From Dehalococcoidales bacterium (lineage in GTDB: Bacteria > Chloroflexota > Dehalococcoidia > Dehalococcoidales > JAUWZL01): a stretch of 64,000 bases of DNA. How positions within the stretch are numbered: position 1 is the first letter of the stretch; each line of letters opens with the position of its first letter. Of the stretch, positions 62,861 to 64,000 are shown one piece after another. Both the position numbers and the translations under genes were made by a program. The notes under the pieces are model-generated. The model was not told the DNA's origin. It did no database searches and saw nothing but the letters and a program-made list of their open reading frames with translations. The stretch is taken from contig DAOUMC010000030.1 of assembly GCA_034413595.1 (NCBI GenBank), positions 19,606-83,605 on the forward strand, given 5' to 3'.

Positions 62861-62975
62861 TTCCCTTATGGGGAAATGGGAGATGGTTGAAGGAAGGGGG
62901 CGAAGCCCCCTTCCTGACTAATTACCTCCCCTTCTCCCGAGAGGGGAAAGGGATACATGGGATAGGGTGTTTACC
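62861..62975. repeat. Hairpin repeat cluster (TTCCC-ttatg-GGGAA; 10-bp stem GGAAGGGGGC-gaa-GCCCCCTTCC; CCCCTTCTCCCGAGAGGGGAAAGGG)
   Basis: Stems at 62861-62875 and 62892-62914, in the intergenic region between birA and the SPFH gene. Confidence 0.8.
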
Positions 62976-63001
62976 TTATTCTCTTCAAGCCAGAGACAAG
63001 T

Positions 63002-63775
63002 CTACTGGGTAGTCTTGTCTTCTGAGCCAGTGCCTTTTTTCATAAACATGCTTAAGAGGTCTATCGGTAAGGGGAAGACAATGGTGCTGTTTTTCTCCGA
63101 GGCTATCTCAACCAGCGTCTGGAGGTAGCGGAGCTGTAACGTGGTCGGCTCGCGGGCAATGACACCCCCGGCCTGGGCCAGCTTCTCCGACGCCTGGAAC
63201 TCGCCGTCGGCGTGGATGATTTTGGCCCGCCTCTCCCTCTCGGCTTCGGCCTGGGCAGCCATTGACCGCCTCATGGTCTCCGGCAGTTCAACCTCCTTGA
63301 TTTCTACGGTGCTGACCTTTACCCCCCAGGGGTCGGTGTGCTCATCAATTATCTTCTGCAGCATCTGATTGAGCTTCTCCCGCTGTGACAGAAGCTCATC
63401 CAGCTCCGATTGCCCCAGGACATTGCGCAGCGTTGTCTGTGATATCTGCGACGTGGCCCGGATGTGGTCCAGCACCTTGACCACCGAGTCTTCGGGGTTG
63501 ACCACCCTGAAGTAGACCACGGCATTTACCCTGACGGTGACGTTGTCCTTGGTGATTACCTCCTGCGATGGCACGTCCATGGTTACCACCCTCAGGTCAA
63601 CCTTGACCATCCGGTCAACAAAGGGGATAATCAGGAACAGGCCTGGCCCCTTGGCGCCGACCAGCCGTCCCAGGCGGAAAATGACTCCTCGCTCATATTC
63701 GGCGACAATCTTTACCGACATAGAAATGAGCGTAAGCACGACGACTACTATTACGGCGATATAGATGAATTCCAT
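63002..63775 (-). CDS. SPFH/Band-7 (stomatin-like) protein
   Basis: N-terminal TM followed by [17 protein letters not shown]...TKDNV...AEAERE. GGAGG Shine-Dalgarno. Confidence 0.9.
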   Translation of the reverse strand: MEFIYIAVIVVVVLTLISMSVKIVAEYERGVIFRLGRLVGAKGPGLFLIIPFVDRMVKVDLRVVTMDVPSQEVITKDNVTVRVNAVVYFRVVNPEDSVVKVLDHIRATSQISQTTLRNVLGQSELDELLSQREKLNQMLQKIIDEHTDPWGVKVSTVEIKEVELPETMRRSMAAQAEAERERRAKIIHADGEFQASEKLAQAGGVIAREPTTLQLRYLQTLVEIASEKNSTIVFPLPIDLLSMFMKKGTGSEDKTTQ

Positions 63776-63789
63776 CAGTCACCTCCCTT

Positions 63790-64000
63790 TTATTTTTTGG
63801 TAACATAGAGCTTTAAGCCGTCAACTCTGGTTATTACTACCTCCTCTCCGGGTTTTGCCTGTCCTTTATCCAGCACCGCTGCCCAGAGTTCGCCTTCATA
63901 AAACACCGTCCCTTCCGGTTGCAGGGCGGTGCGGACAGTGGCTATCTTGCCCGCCAGTTCCTCTCTGCCGGTGGTAGCCTGGCGCCGGTGGGCGACGACA
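63790..64000 (-). CDS. NfeD-family protein, C-terminal OB domain; 5' end beyond window
   Basis: Absent from the track (edge-truncated). Manual translation: ...GKIATVRTALQPEGTVFYEGELWAAVLDKGQAKPGEEVVITRVDGLKLYVTKK*. Classic nfeD-SPFH operon order. Confidence 0.75.
   Translation of the reverse strand, partial: VVAHRRQATTGREELAGKIATVRTALQPEGTVFYEGELWAAVLDKGQAKPGEEVVITRVDGLKLYVTKK

Noticed and set aside
3317-62975. Possibility that the GC-rich hairpin repeats form a CRISPR array
   Set aside because: The repeats are dispersed singly or in pairs across 60 kb, they are heterogeneous, and they lack regularly sized spacers. No cas genes are present.

Overview
This 64 kb window is a moderately GC-rich bacterial chromosome segment. 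Hand counts of 60-nt core-gene lines often exceed 55-70% G+C. It is densely packed with housekeeping genes on both strands. Gene content and the repeat types suggest a Chloroflexota (Dehalococcoidia-like) organism, but that is only a guess. I call about 66 protein genes, including 2 edge-truncated genes missing from the ORF track (rarA at the left edge, nfeD at the right edge). I also call one tRNA-Ser(GCU). There is no rRNA, no CRISPR array, and no transposase or integrase. Recognisable blocks: rarA; antiporter; AmmeMemoRadiSam pair; coaE; rplU-rpmA-rpmE; hisI/hisA; gatC-(SagB-like)-gatA; lrp-aminotransferase; trpS; ispH-plsC; nadB-nadC; yajC; miaB; ybeY; pyrD; dksA-like-lspA-rluD; gltX; mutM; polA; argF; der-plsY-gpsA; hrcA-grpE-dnaK-dnaJ with a CIRCE operator; lysR/tkt; rpe-rpiB; NIL-ferredoxin/UPF0280; birA; nfeD-SPFH. 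Most long ORFs antisense to these genes are GC-driven artefacts. Points worth a second look: (1) Four short AT-rich islets (about 35-38% G+C on hand-counted lines) sit inside conserved operons. They are a Zn-ribbon plus a 361-aa orphan appended to gatCA; a PD-(D/E)xK nuclease plus small ORF plus 5'-truncated methyltransferase; a complete type II R-M pair wedged against gltX; and a C2H2-finger mini-ORF between dnaK and dnaJ. (2) An octahaem (8 x CxxCH) HAO-like cytochrome carries a collagen-like (GPX)6 stalk and a C-terminal membrane anchor. (3) Three conserved genes (rplU, hisI, nadB) can only start at ATT or ATC codons, each with a well-placed Shine-Dalgarno. (4) Dispersed GC-rich hairpin repeats and a ~110-120 bp nested inverted-repeat element occur at intergenic sites and islet borders. 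(5) A recurrent extended -10 (TGnTAnAAT) promoter type includes two apparently leaderless genes and a near-consensus promoter driving a 37-aa basic peptide. I did not find an unambiguous new multi-gene system. The best candidates for undescribed biology are the gatA-linked two-gene islet, the orphan nuclease islet and the collagen-stalked cytochrome.
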